64,000 nucleotides of DNA from a virus. Location of the stretch: positions 32,001-96,000 of IMG/VR virus record IMGVR_UViG_3300003690_003063, one strand, 5' to 3'. This document shows positions 1 through 10,122 of the stretch, one piece after another; within the stretch, counting starts at the first letter, position 1; the number at the start of each line of letters is the position of its first letter. The translations under genes were made by a program, and so were the position numbers. A model generated the notes under the pieces. That model was not told the origin of the DNA, did no database searches, and saw only the letters and a list, made by a program, of their open reading frames with translations.

Positions 1-7
1 CGGCACC

Positions 8-2893
8 ATGAGCCGCGGCCAGGCCGCGACGTGGGTAAGAATGCTCCAGCTTATGATAGCAAATTCTTTTAATCCTAACCTTCCGGCGCCGCTTCCTTGG
101 ACCGGGAACAGTGCTGACTACCTGCGGAACACACTCCATGGCAATCAAGAGTTTTATGGGGACACCGGCGCGCCAGTAGGCAATTACTACACAGGTGGTC
201 ACCGTTCGCATCTACATGTGGATCTGAACAATACCGGGCCGGCAACGTTAGTCAATCATACAGATGCTGCCCCTTGGCACGTTGTGGGAGGACAGAAAGG
301 CCAGAATCTTAAGATATGTGCGGACTTCTTCTACCTATCCTGTTATATGAACTCGTCCACGGGGGCGCCCAACGATCTTAGTTTTGCTATGGAGCAGGTG
401 GCCGGCGCAGAGAACTATTCTTCGGTGTATGCTAACGGTGATAACCACCAGTCCACGACTTCGGACGAAGTAAACTTTAGTGTGTTACGGCCGATGGGAC
501 CGGGCAACTACAATTCCGCGGCCTCGTTGGCAGCCCTTGGTCTCGAGCACCAGGATCCCGGTTCCAACTGGGATGGGTGGAATTCTCCTCTTCTCCGCCT
601 CATAGAGGATTATACTTTGGGCATCACGGACATGTTTAAGGGGCAGCTCGCAGCATCTTCTCCTTTAATGTATGTTATAGAAAAAAGGAGACTTCACGAG
701 ATAAGCCCGGGCGTATACGAAACCTATGTTGATCCCGCGACCCGAGAGCCTGTACAACGGATTTTTATAACGAGGAATTTTGATGATTCGATCTCTGAGG
801 ATATTGTATATTATGATACTCAAATCAAATACAGCCAGCCATATCAATATGATGTATATTTAATAAATATAGTTTTCGGCAGCAAGTACACATATACAGG
901 TGTTTCTGTAACTGCTCCCAGTTATGACACCGCGGTGACGACGGTGACGACTCCGGACGTATACGGTTACGCCCCTTCGGCTTATGGAAGAGGCTTGGCA
1001 AATGCCTTGGGATTTTATCGAGAAGAGGAACGCTACGAACAGCACGGTCAGCCCGGAGACTTCCTCGGCGACTATTTTGACAACGGAACAGACACCCACG
1101 CGATCAGCCCCAATCCTAATCCTTATGCGGGTCGGGTGGAAGCTCAATACAATTTTATGAAACTCGGCGACCCGCAAGATCTTGGGACGATCGGCGACCA
1201 CCCGGACACTTCCAACCCGGCGGTTTATTATGAGGATTTTGCGGCCGCGGGCCAGCCGCTACTACAGTTTCATGAAACTGATATTGGAGAAGACGGAGGT
1301 TTTGACGGATCCAATATTGGCGCCAATCCATCGTTCGGTGGAATTCCTTTCATCGAGCAGCTGTCGTGGCAATACTCAAACCCCGGCCTCCTCGAAGCGA
1401 TGATAGATACTCCGCTCACCGACGCGTATAAAAAATATGGGCAGTCCGGATTTTATGTTTTTGAGCCCCCCTGGATGGCACCGGGGCAACCGGGGGGTTC
1501 CGTTGGCGCAGAGAACACAACCCTACAGTCCACAGTGAGCTCGTTTGAGTGGGTAAACAAGTTTAGTGAGTGGGCCATCAACACCAAAACCCCGGCCGCC
1601 GTTGTCGATGATCCCTTCGGCCTGCCAGGGAACGGGGAGTGGGATACCCCAGTAGGAGGCCTCTATCAGGAAAACGATGCTATGCGCATATTACGCGAGC
1701 TGACGGTGAGAATAGCGAACGACGGCATGGGATTCGACTCGAACTACTCGCAAGGTGTGGTACCATATAGTGTATACATTCCTAACGTGCCGGCCATCGG
1801 GCAGTTCGAAATCCCCAGAGAAGAGCCTGAAAACTGCTTCGTCGCAGGCACCAAAGTGGCGGCTATGGTGGATGGTCATCTTTGTGGTGTCAATATTGAA
1901 GATATCCGTGTGGGAGATTTAGTAATGTCTTATAATCTCCTTACCAACACCACAGAATTTAAGCCCGTTATTGATATGACGTCTCCAATCCATAGCGATA
2001 TAGTTGAATTTGAATTTTCTAATGGTACTACAACACAACACACCTATGATCATCCTTATTATGTTGATAAGAAAGATTGGGCGTCTTATACGCCACAAGA
2101 AACAATGGACAGATATGACCATCCGGATTTAAGGGATGTGACACAAATTGAAGTGGGAGACCAATGTAAACTTACTACCGGAGAATTAGTAACACTGACA
2201 AATATTATAGAAGTGTTTAATGGCCCCATTCAAACATACAATATTATGGTTAAGGATAATAATAATTATTTTGCTGATGAGATTTTAGTTCATAATAAAA
2301 CTACTGCCGGCCGGCCAGGCGGCCCGGAAGGGGATCCCTCTTGCTTCATGGCTGGAACGAAGATTCTTTTGCCTGCCGGTCTCTCCAAAAATATAGAAGA
2401 TATGAGAATTGGAGATTATGTGATGTCTTATAATTTGATGACCAAGGAACCTGAGCCGCAACAGGTACTCAATGTTATGTCGCCCATGCATGATGATATA
2501 GTTGAATTTAGATTTGCTAACGGGACAACAACTCAACATACTTATGATCATCCATATTATGTTGTAGATAAGGGGTGGGCATCATATAATCCCGCGGCTA
2601 CTATAAGAAGGTACAAAACTCCAGATTTAGTTAATACTTCTTTAATAGAACCCGGAGACAGGTGCCTGCATTCTGCGGGCGAAGCTGTTGTTTTGACCGA
2701 CATTACAGAAGTATTAACAGAGGCCGTACAAACATACAATATTATAGTTGAACAAAACCATAACTATTTTGCAGATGACTTTTTAGTTCACAATAAGATC
2801 GCCGGCGGCGACGACGGGCCCGACGAAGAGGACGACGACGACACCGGCGGCGGGGGCGGTGGCGGCGCTAGCGACGTGTTCCTCGAGGATTAA
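8..2893 (+). CDS. Large putative virion (baseplate/tail region) protein with two tandem C-terminal Hint (intein-like/BIL) domains; probably 5'-truncated by the window edge
   Basis: The frame is open to the window start. It has two CF(V/M)AGT...HTYDHPYY...TYNI.V..N.NYFA...LVHN domains and lies in a structural gene cluster. Confidence 0.75.
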   Translation: MSRGQAATWVRMLQLMIANSFNPNLPAPLPWTGNSADYLRNTLHGNQEFYGDTGAPVGNYYTGGHRSHLHVDLNNTGPATLVNHTDAAPWHVVGGQKGQNLKICADFFYLSCYMNSSTGAPNDLSFAMEQVAGAENYSSVYANGDNHQSTTSDEVNFSVLRPMGPGNYNSAASLAALGLEHQDPGSNWDGWNSPLLRLIEDYTLGITDMFKGQLAASSPLMYVIEKRRLHEISPGVYETYVDPATREPVQRIFITRNFDDSISEDIVYYDTQIKYSQPYQYDVYLINIVFGSKYTYTGVSVTAPSYDTAVTTVTTPDVYGYAPSAYGRGLANALGFYREEERYEQHGQPGDFLGDYFDNGTDTHAISPNPNPYAGRVEAQYNFMKLGDPQDLGTIGDHPDTSNPAVYYEDFAAAGQPLLQFHETDIGEDGGFDGSNIGANPSFGGIPFIEQLSWQYSNPGLLEAMIDTPLTDAYKKYGQSGFYVFEPPWMAPGQPGGSVGAENTTLQSTVSSFEWVNKFSEWAINTKTPAAVVDDPFGLPGNGEWDTPVGGLYQENDAMRILRELTVRIANDGMGFDSNYSQGVVPYSVYIPNVPAIGQFEIPREEPENCFVAGTKVAAMVDGHLCGVNIEDIRVGDLVMSYNLLTNTTEFKPVIDMTSPIHSDIVEFEFSNGTTTQHTYDHPYYVDKKDWASYTPQETMDRYDHPDLRDVTQIEVGDQCKLTTGELVTLTNIIEVFNGPIQTYNIMVKDNNNYFADEILVHNKTTAGRPGGPEGDPSCFMAGTKILLPAGLSKNIEDMRIGDYVMSYNLMTKEPEPQQVLNVMSPMHDDIVEFRFANGTTTQHTYDHPYYVVDKGWASYNPAATIRRYKTPDLVNTSLIEPGDRCLHSAGEAVVLTDITEVLTEAVQTYNIIVEQNHNYFADDFLVHNKIAGGDDGPDEEDDDDTGGGGGGGASDVFLED
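1835..2296 (+). other. Hint/BIL domain 1 (154 aa, Cys1 to His-Asn, +1 residue Lys)
   Basis: CFVAGTKV start, IEDIRVGD, block B T-x-x-H (HTYDHP), C-terminal YFADEILVHN. No homing endonuclease. Confidence 0.9.
2342..2794 (+). other. Hint/BIL domain 2 (151 aa, Cys1 to His-Asn, +1 residue Lys)
   Basis: CFMAGTKI start, IEDMRIGD, HTYDHP, C-terminal YFADDFLVHN. Paralogous to domain 1. Confidence 0.9.
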
Positions 2894-2898
2894 AGAAT

Positions 2899-4599
2899 AT
2901 GGTATCTTCCACAAACTGGTACATGGACATAGAAGTCTACCTGAAGAATAGTGGTCCGGACGAGGGCGGTCAAGGAGACACCTTGGAACTCCTGGACACA
3001 TTTGAATATGGCCCTTATGTCTGGGCCCACGGCGCCGTCATTACTTTAGAAGACTTTATAACGACCATTAATGATGCCAATGTGACCAGGGCAGACGCCG
3101 AGGGCATACCAATTTTTTATATCTGGGCGACTCCCTTTTTAACATCCCGCTCGCCTTCGAGCTCTGGTGCCGGGTACGTTCGCCCACGCGGGCCTAATCT
3201 AAGTAGGGCCTGGGGCGGCCTCCCGACTCTGCAGAGAAAATTGAGCTCGCCCGGGCAGCCCTACATGGCGGCCGAAGGCCACGCCGCAATGCCGCAGGAT
3301 ATGGACATCACCGCCGGCGCCAATGGCATGTACAATGGCCAACTGGTTATTCGTTACGATATATCTATGGTCGACTCCGTGTTTTGGAACGGCATCTGGA
3401 CGTCCGTCGATTATGTAGGCCCTGACGGCGCGGTGAATCCGTTCAGCGACGGCTATAGTTATTATGGATTTAAAATTATTTGGCGCACAGGAAACGAGAC
3501 ACTTGTGAGCCCAAGTACGTCAGTCACGACAACGACATACTCTCCTGCTGGTACGTACGCTGACGTGAACTACACGAAAATCCCCAATCCTTTGGCGATA
3601 AAGGCTCCATACCAGGGTTTTGATGCGTGGATGCTGGGTCCAGATAGCGACAACGACGGCATCCCCGACATCGACATCAAGGTCAACGGCGTAATTATCA
3701 CTTCTGTACATGATGATTCTCCATTGCCTCCAAACTCGGCTATAGTTCCCTATATGGGGATTAGTAATAAACTATTAATTATGTTAAATTCGAACACGGG
3801 AGAGTACGAGGCGCGCCCAGTTCCTATATTGGAAGAAGACTGGGGGAAAATTCAGGGTATTTACGGTGGCGGCAGTCCCCCACGAAACTATACCATTGAT
3901 GAAATAAAAGCACTTCTTGCGGATCCCGAGGCTGATCCAACTGATTATGCTGTAGAATACAAGAAAGACGATCCCACCACTAAATTTGAAATTTTCCGGA
4001 TGACAGAAAAACCAACCTCCTACCTAGATTTTGATACAGGAACAAACCCACACGCTACAATCGAAGAACAGCCATCCTTTGGCAAGCGCTCCGATGGAGC
4101 TTCTCTTCTAGACGATATACAACCAAATAAAAAATATTATTACTGTTTTAGGTCTATAGACGTACATCACAACATTTCTAATCCAAGTCACGTTTTCGAA
4201 GTAGAGATGGTAGACAATGACGGTCAAGTTTATATTATCTTGAATACGATTGATTTTGACCCAGGACCAAAGCGCGTTTCTATAAAGTCTGGTCGTCGGT
4301 TTATATATATTGAACCATCGCTGCAAAATCTTACGTTTGCTGACACCGACCTTCTCGAAGACCCCATTGTCCCGGGGGTAGCACTTAGTTCGATTGTCCC
4401 AACTGAGGTACCTTCCGATGATCTTTTGGGCGCCCTGCTGCCTGCCGAGGAAGCCGCCATACTTGCTGCTGGTGGCACATTGCCCCAACGAGTATGGAAC
4501 GACACATATAAAATACGCATCACTAGCAAGAAAACAAGCAGAAAAATTGATTTAAACTTAATATTCAAGAACAAGGGGGTAAAAAATCCCTCGGGTTAA
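2899..4599 (+). CDS. Putative virion structural protein (beta-rich, FN3-like C-terminal part)
   Basis: 566-aa ORF with GAGGA upstream and an FN3-like motif DDIQPNKKYYYCFRSID. Sits among structural genes. Confidence 0.6.
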   Translation: MVSSTNWYMDIEVYLKNSGPDEGGQGDTLELLDTFEYGPYVWAHGAVITLEDFITTINDANVTRADAEGIPIFYIWATPFLTSRSPSSSGAGYVRPRGPNLSRAWGGLPTLQRKLSSPGQPYMAAEGHAAMPQDMDITAGANGMYNGQLVIRYDISMVDSVFWNGIWTSVDYVGPDGAVNPFSDGYSYYGFKIIWRTGNETLVSPSTSVTTTTYSPAGTYADVNYTKIPNPLAIKAPYQGFDAWMLGPDSDNDGIPDIDIKVNGVIITSVHDDSPLPPNSAIVPYMGISNKLLIMLNSNTGEYEARPVPILEEDWGKIQGIYGGGSPPRNYTIDEIKALLADPEADPTDYAVEYKKDDPTTKFEIFRMTEKPTSYLDFDTGTNPHATIEEQPSFGKRSDGASLLDDIQPNKKYYYCFRSIDVHHNISNPSHVFEVEMVDNDGQVYIILNTIDFDPGPKRVSIKSGRRFIYIEPSLQNLTFADTDLLEDPIVPGVALSSIVPTEVPSDDLLGALLPAEEAAILAAGGTLPQRVWNDTYKIRITSKKTSRKIDLNLIFKNKGVKNPSG

Positions 4600-4602
4600 T
4601 AA

Positions 4603-4620
4603 CTATTTATTTACTATTTA
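4603..4620 (+). promoter_or_regulatory. Two copies of the candidate late promoter motif CTATTTA
   Basis: ctattta at 4603 and 4614, just upstream of the ATG at 4638. The same motif precedes many structural genes. Confidence 0.55.
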
Positions 4621-4637
4621 TATAGAGAGGGACAGTT

Positions 4638-5573
4638 ATGGGATTTCTAGATAATGCCGGCGACATCATTTTGGACGCCGTTTTAACCAACAAGGGCCGC
4701 AAGGCCATCGCCAAAGGAGACGGCAGTTTTAATGTTAAATATTTTGCTTTAGGAGATGATGAGATAGACTATGGTCTATACAACAAGAACCATCCAAGTG
4801 GAAGTTCTTTTTATGATTTAGATATTCTTCAAACTCCTGTATTAGAAGCTTTTACAAACCCGGACGCCTCACTAAAATCACGCCTCGTATCCATGGACGA
4901 TAATCATCGGCTATACTGGCCTGAAATAATTCTTCGTGCTGACGCCGGGAATACATCGCCCTATTCTACTGGCGCCTTTGTGGTGGCCGCTGATCAAAGC
5001 ACGTGGGAAGCTCTTACTTCAACGGATGGCATCATGCCGGGCTACAAGCCAGTTAAGTCTTTAAATCATATTAGACTTGAACAAGGTCTGAATACCGTCG
5101 CTGTACCAAAAGATAGCACCCTAGACCTAGAATTGGTGGAAACGCAGTGGAGAGTTCAAATGGACAGGAGGCTAATTCAGATTGCTCCTAATCCATCAAT
5201 GACGACCACTACGAGCACTGCGGGCACAACAGTTTCTTTCCCGAACGCAAAGCCGTCTTTTGTAAGCCAAAACAACATTGCTACGTATTTTTTCACCCTT
5301 GGCGGGACTCGCGGTGGCTCCAGTGGATATATTACAAATTGTGCCGAAGACTCAGGGTTAGCAGGCCCCGGGGGCACCAAACTTCAATTTCGGCTCGGGT
5401 CTACTCTCGAAACTCAAACAAGCACTTATCTGTTTGATACTCTGGGTCGAACCGTAGCCTCGTGGGGGTCAGGTATTACAACTGCTCAGACGATTAATAC
5501 CGTGATTACCATTGAGGGATTAACCACCCGAGCGCGCATCGATGTTGATGTTACACTATTGAAAAAAGTATAG
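4638..5573 (+). CDS. Baseplate/tail-collar structural protein (DUF3751-like N-terminus)
   Basis: DAVLTNKGRKAIAKGDGSFNVKYFALGDDEIDY resembles the N-terminal motif of tail-collar fibre proteins. Confidence 0.6.
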   Translation: MGFLDNAGDIILDAVLTNKGRKAIAKGDGSFNVKYFALGDDEIDYGLYNKNHPSGSSFYDLDILQTPVLEAFTNPDASLKSRLVSMDDNHRLYWPEIILRADAGNTSPYSTGAFVVAADQSTWEALTSTDGIMPGYKPVKSLNHIRLEQGLNTVAVPKDSTLDLELVETQWRVQMDRRLIQIAPNPSMTTTTSTAGTTVSFPNAKPSFVSQNNIATYFFTLGGTRGGSSGYITNCAEDSGLAGPGGTKLQFRLGSTLETQTSTYLFDTLGRTVASWGSGITTAQTINTVITIEGLTTRARIDVDVTLLKKV

Positions 5574-5583
5574 GATATAAGAT

Positions 5584-6783
5584 ATGGCCACAACACAAAA
5601 ATTATTTGTCCCTGGTAAAGATCAGGTTAGCACTAGAACCCTTTTACATGAAGCCGTGCCGCTTACGGGACAGCTTGCTTCCGGAACGTATGGAGGCGAT
5701 GTGACCTCACTCGGAGCGGAACCGAATGTCAAAAATTTCCCTCATGGCATGTTTCAATCTATTTATGATTATCCCTATTTAAGTTCCTCAGCAAATCATA
5801 TTTTTGATTTAACTTGTGGGTATTCAAGCAATTCTGTATTATCAGGAACTTCCGATGTGGTTCAACAGGAAAAGAAAATTAATATCTATAATCAGATGGC
5901 TCAAATTTTAGTTGGGTTTAATGAGTCTGGTTCTGTAAAAGAGTTTGATGAGGATGGGGACACTACAGAGGGCACTAAGATTCGCGAGGCCTTTTTCCTT
6001 AATTTTACTCGTCTTCTTGCGAAAGATGAAATTAAAAAAGGTAGCTTTACTTTAGAACTAGCTACAAGTGGTTCCCCCGCCGGCGCTACGAATCAGCAAA
6101 AAGGCGCCATCTTCAAGCAGACTATAAAGATTGTAGATTATAGTGGGTCCGACGGATACAAAATTAATTCTCCGGCAGGCGAGTATGGTATTTTATATGC
6201 TACGGGTTCTAACGGAGCCGGCGGCACCGGTGCTTCGGGAGATGTTTTTGTAATTGATCCGGGTTTGGTAGATGATAACGGCTATGTTAAGGCTGGTTTA
6301 CTTTATTATCAAGCCGGAATTGCTATAATCACGGCCTCGGTATTTAGCACCCTTCTTGGGCCCGCCTTCGTTGCTTATAACGGCGCCGCGCCCTCTGGCA
6401 GCTATGCTACCACTAGTGTTTCGAGTTCATTGGGAGTTGGTTCTATGACTGGTTCTCTTACTGGAAGTTCTATTTCTGGTAATGTTGATTTATTTAGACG
6501 CCGAATTGAAAATATTTCTTTCAATAACACAACTGAATTGAACTCTACGGTTTATTTCTGTCGCGCAAACCATAATGAGTTTAACTATTCTTCAAACCAA
6601 ACATATGTTAGCGCTAGTCAGTTTGTTGTAAAAACTAATTTTAATGATAGTCCGGTTTCTTATGTGACGACAGTTGGGCTTTATTCTGCTGAAAATGATT
6701 TAATGGCAGTAGCAAAACTATCCGAACCCCTGAAGAAGGATCCCTCCACTGAATTTACTTTAAGGGTGAGACTAGATTACTAA
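5584..6783 (+). CDS. Baseplate/tail structural protein
   Basis: C-terminus YVTTVGLYSAENDLMAVAKLSEPLKK...RVRLDY resembles tail-collar family C-terminal strands. S/T-G-S rich. Confidence 0.6.
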   Translation: MATTQKLFVPGKDQVSTRTLLHEAVPLTGQLASGTYGGDVTSLGAEPNVKNFPHGMFQSIYDYPYLSSSANHIFDLTCGYSSNSVLSGTSDVVQQEKKINIYNQMAQILVGFNESGSVKEFDEDGDTTEGTKIREAFFLNFTRLLAKDEIKKGSFTLELATSGSPAGATNQQKGAIFKQTIKIVDYSGSDGYKINSPAGEYGILYATGSNGAGGTGASGDVFVIDPGLVDDNGYVKAGLLYYQAGIAIITASVFSTLLGPAFVAYNGAAPSGSYATTSVSSSLGVGSMTGSLTGSSISGNVDLFRRRIENISFNNTTELNSTVYFCRANHNEFNYSSNQTYVSASQFVVKTNFNDSPVSYVTTVGLYSAENDLMAVAKLSEPLKKDPSTEFTLRVRLDY

Positions 6784-6789
6784 GATGGT

Positions 6790-8301
6790 ATGGCGTATTC
6801 TTTCTACAAATTCACTAGAAACGATCTATTCGTTAACACATTAGAACTATACCCAGACGTTAAATATTTTATTTACAGCGGTTCGGCCTTCTATAACGAC
6901 CGGCCGCATATGTCTGGTGCTTTTACTAGTTCTGTTAATTTATGCTCGGCGAGCAACATAAGCCTGTTTGAACTGAATGTAGATCGTCGTACCGATCTCG
7001 CCACCATCGAGGATCGTACCATTGGACCTAAATGGGATATCCCCGGCATCGACGTTCCCGACGGCGTCTCTGATACTGGATTAATCTATCCTTTTCTTTA
7101 CAAAGACGGCACCCGGATGAATTTTAGAGTTAATACAGCAGAATCTTTTGCTTCAGCTCCTGCAGGCCAGGTAATAACAGGCGCCGCTTATCCTTACACA
7201 GCATCGATAACGAAGGAATTTTATGGCCCATGGACAGGCGCACCTAGGGACCTCACCGAAAACGCGGCCGGAAATCCTATAGGCACTATGGGTAGTTTGA
7301 CCTTTTTAGACATTTGCCAGACCCCGCGGTTTACTGAGTCCTATAGGCCTCCCGGTGGGGGCCTCGTGGTGAATGGAACTGTTTCGCATCTGCGATCCCT
7401 TAAAAATGTCATTAATCGATATAAAACATTTTCTCCTCATTTTGAGTATAGGTCAACATCTGGTAGCTATTTACAGAATATTCATGATCGTAATTTTGAT
7501 TCTGCTAGCGTAGGCCTCATTAGCATTCCAAGCATTTTTTATGGTTCTTCGATAAAACGCGGGACTGTTAATCTAGAATTTTATTTTACCGGTACTTTAG
7601 TAGGCCAAGCTCAAGACATAAATAGAAACGGCGAGTTAATAGAAGTATATAGTGGCTATCGCCACCCAGATGTTGAAAATTTGTCAGGCTCCGTTGTCGG
7701 GATCGTATTGTATGAGGACGGTATCATTTTGTTAACCAGTTCTGCTGCGCTGAGTCCTTCTGTGGATAATTATACTGGAAGTGTTTATCCCTCCCCACAC
7801 CCTAACGCCGGCGATCCTTCAAAAGATAACCCGCGGTGGACATATTTTGCACAGTCTCTTTCGGCGGCCGCAGATCCTGCGGGCGACCCCGACTACCCGC
7901 GCGTTAATGGTTTTATTGCTGCCCCAAGTTCCTCGTTTATAATGGAATTTAGTGGCACGACGAAAACACAGGTATTTACAATGTTTGCGACTGCTCCGGT
8001 GGGAGAGTTGAATCATTCTAATAATCCTTCATATATCAAGAATTCTTGGTATCAAAGCAGCTACACCGCCAGTATTTCTACCGGATCAAAAGGGTATATT
8101 GAAAGTGACATGAAACCAATTAAAAACGTCGTAAGTTCGGCATATGCTGATCCAACGGGCTCGTTTGAGAAGACAACTTATATTTCAAAGGTTGCTATTT
8201 ATGATGAACATAGAAATTTAATTGGCATAGCAAAGACGGCGACACCGATTAAAAAGACAGTTCAAAGGTCCTTCACCTTCAAGCTTAAATTAGATATATA
8301 A
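6790..8301 (+). CDS. Baseplate/tail structural protein, paralog of the preceding gene
   Basis: Shares IK(K/R)G(S/T) and the C-terminal YISKVAIYDEHRNLIGIAKTATPIKK...KLKLDI pattern with 5584..6783. Confidence 0.6.
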   Translation: MAYSFYKFTRNDLFVNTLELYPDVKYFIYSGSAFYNDRPHMSGAFTSSVNLCSASNISLFELNVDRRTDLATIEDRTIGPKWDIPGIDVPDGVSDTGLIYPFLYKDGTRMNFRVNTAESFASAPAGQVITGAAYPYTASITKEFYGPWTGAPRDLTENAAGNPIGTMGSLTFLDICQTPRFTESYRPPGGGLVVNGTVSHLRSLKNVINRYKTFSPHFEYRSTSGSYLQNIHDRNFDSASVGLISIPSIFYGSSIKRGTVNLEFYFTGTLVGQAQDINRNGELIEVYSGYRHPDVENLSGSVVGIVLYEDGIILLTSSAALSPSVDNYTGSVYPSPHPNAGDPSKDNPRWTYFAQSLSAAADPAGDPDYPRVNGFIAAPSSSFIMEFSGTTKTQVFTMFATAPVGELNHSNNPSYIKNSWYQSSYTASISTGSKGYIESDMKPIKNVVSSAYADPTGSFEKTTYISKVAIYDEHRNLIGIAKTATPIKKTVQRSFTFKLKLDI

Positions 8302-8331
8302 AATATAACTATAAAATGTTATTATAGCCAT

Positions 8332-8865
8332 ATGATTTTGGGACTGGACATATCCACGAGTATTACCGGCTATACAGTATTAGACCATGAAGGCAATATT
8401 CTTGCGTGCGATCATATCGATTTACGCAAAGAGAAGAACTTCTTTAAGAAAGTACGAATTATAAGTTCACGCCTAGAATCGGTGAACGACAGATATGAGA
8501 TAGAACGGGTATACATCGAGCAGTCGCTCCAGTCCTTTCGCTCGGGCTTCTCATCAGCCCAAACCCTTTCTCTACTTTCAAAAATTAATGGCATTGTTTC
8601 TTGGATATGCTATAATATGTTTGGGGATGATCCCAATTATTTGGCCGCCACATCTGCGCGTAAAGCTTGCGGTATCAAGGTTCCTAGGGGCCAAAAAGCA
8701 AAGGCTGTTTCTTTACAGTTTGTTGTTGACAATGTGCCCGGCTTCGAGGTACAATATACGAAACATGGCAATCCAAGACCCGGCTACGACGATCGATCGG
8801 ATAGTTATATTATCGCGAAGGCGGCGTGGCTGAATGAAAGACAAAAAGCTCAAAATACTGATTAA
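8332..8865 (+). CDS. ruvC: RuvC-like Holliday junction resolvase
   Basis: MILGLDISTSITGY N-terminal catalytic Asp, VYIEQ Glu, C-terminal DDRSDS acidic pair. Confidence 0.8.
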   Translation: MILGLDISTSITGYTVLDHEGNILACDHIDLRKEKNFFKKVRIISSRLESVNDRYEIERVYIEQSLQSFRSGFSSAQTLSLLSKINGIVSWICYNMFGDDPNYLAATSARKACGIKVPRGQKAKAVSLQFVVDNVPGFEVQYTKHGNPRPGYDDRSDSYIIAKAAWLNERQKAQNTD

Positions 8866-9769
8866 TGTATTGGGGTCCTATTACCGGACCAACAACGAGT
8901 TTCTTTTCAAGTGCCCTTACTGCGACCACCACAAGCGCAAGTTCTCCGTAAATCTCGATAAAGGCTACTATAAGTGTTGGGTTTGTGATACTCGCGGCAA
9001 AAACCTTTATCGTGTCGTACGTCGCTTCGGAACAAATTACGATAAATCTCAGTGGCGCGAGTTTACATCCGAGGTTGAATACAATAAACTCGAAGATTGG
9101 TTTGTCGAGAAAACAGAAGAAAAACAAATACTTGAGATGCCCAAAGGGTTTGTATCTTTGGCGAATAAGGACGTACCACCTACTGGCTTTGCTGCGAGAA
9201 ATTATTTACGAAAAAGAAACATCGGCAAACAGGATATTATTTGGTGGAAGATGGGCTACTGCAGCGTCGGAGAATATGAAGGTAGAATCATTATTCCATC
9301 GTTTGATGATGAAGGGGATCTAAATTATTTCATCTCGCGGTCCTATGATAAGGCGTTTTATCCAAAGTATAAAAACCCTCCAGCGAGCAAGAATATTATA
9401 TTTAACGATTTATTTGTTGATTGGACTTCGGATATAGTTCTTGTTGAGGGCGCTTTTGATGCGATTGTTGCTGGCCGCAATGCGGTTCCTATCCTCGGCT
9501 CCACTCTGAATCAGAACTCGATTCTACTTCGTAAGATTGTAAAAGAAGACGCCGGCGTTTATGTTGCGTTGGATCCCGACGCGAAGAAAAAAGAACTTGA
9601 GATAATCAAGACTTTGTTGGATTTTGATATTGAGGTGTGGAAGGTTGATATCGATGATAACGAAGATGTTGGGTCGATGGAAAAGAAACAATTCCAGAAA
9701 TGCCTTGAAAATGCTACCCTTATCACTTCAGACAACTATTTATTGTTGACGCTTGCGATGTCTGTGTAG
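8834..9769 (+). CDS. DNA primase (zinc finger plus TOPRIM)
   Basis: CPYCDHH...KCWVC zinc finger, RIIIP, KYKNP, LVEGAFD and ALDPDA TOPRIM motifs. Confidence 0.9.
   Translation: MKDKKLKILINVLGSYYRTNNEFLFKCPYCDHHKRKFSVNLDKGYYKCWVCDTRGKNLYRVVRRFGTNYDKSQWREFTSEVEYNKLEDWFVEKTEEKQILEMPKGFVSLANKDVPPTGFAARNYLRKRNIGKQDIIWWKMGYCSVGEYEGRIIIPSFDDEGDLNYFISRSYDKAFYPKYKNPPASKNIIFNDLFVDWTSDIVLVEGAFDAIVAGRNAVPILGSTLNQNSILLRKIVKEDAGVYVALDPDAKKKELEIIKTLLDFDIEVWKVDIDDNEDVGSMEKKQFQKCLENATLITSDNYLLLTLAMSV
9736..9742 (+). promoter_or_regulatory. Candidate late promoter CTATTTA in the primase 3' end, upstream of the leader-gene cluster
   Basis: Exact motif about 36 nt before the ATG at 9778. Confidence 0.45.
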
Positions 9770-9777
9770 GAGACACT

Positions 9778-10122
9778 ATGAAACTAATAATGGAAAACTG
9801 GAAAAAGTTTGTGAATGAGGTTGACCCAATGCCCCGCGATGTGGGTTTGGGCCAAGGTCCTACGGGATTAACAGGACTTGGCTTAAGTCGGGTCGATCGT
9901 GAGCGCCTCGCTGCTGGTGGCGCCGGGGTGGCAGAGCTTGACCCCCACGCCGAACCTAAAACTTGGAATATTGAGAATGGCGTTTTAGCTGCATTGGATG
10001 AAGAAGGCCAGCTTTGGTTTAAGCGCCCCCACGGCCCTGGTGACTTGGACGCGCCTTTAGCTGAGCTTGAAGCAATGGGCTATGAGCAGTCTGCTGATTT
10101 GCCTGTTCCGTCCTGGACATAA
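9778..10122 (+). CDS. Small putative internal head protein, leader MKLIMENWKKFVNE
   Basis: SD AGGAG. The leader resembles the T4 internal-protein capsid targeting sequence (MKTYQEFIAE) and ends in hydrophobic-x-E. Confidence 0.6.
   Translation: MKLIMENWKKFVNEVDPMPRDVGLGQGPTGLTGLGLSRVDRERLAAGGAGVAELDPHAEPKTWNIENGVLAALDEEGQLWFKRPHGPGDLDAPLAELEAMGYEQSADLPVPSWT

Noticed and set aside
1835-2794. Classical mobile inteins with homing endonucleases
   Set aside because: The domains are only about 150 aa, have no LAGLIDADG or HNH region, and have Lys at +1.
2891-2901. Stop-codon readthrough or an alternative genetic code joining the first two ORFs
   Set aside because: The two ORFs are in different frames, and TAA, TAG and TGA all end conserved genes at expected positions.
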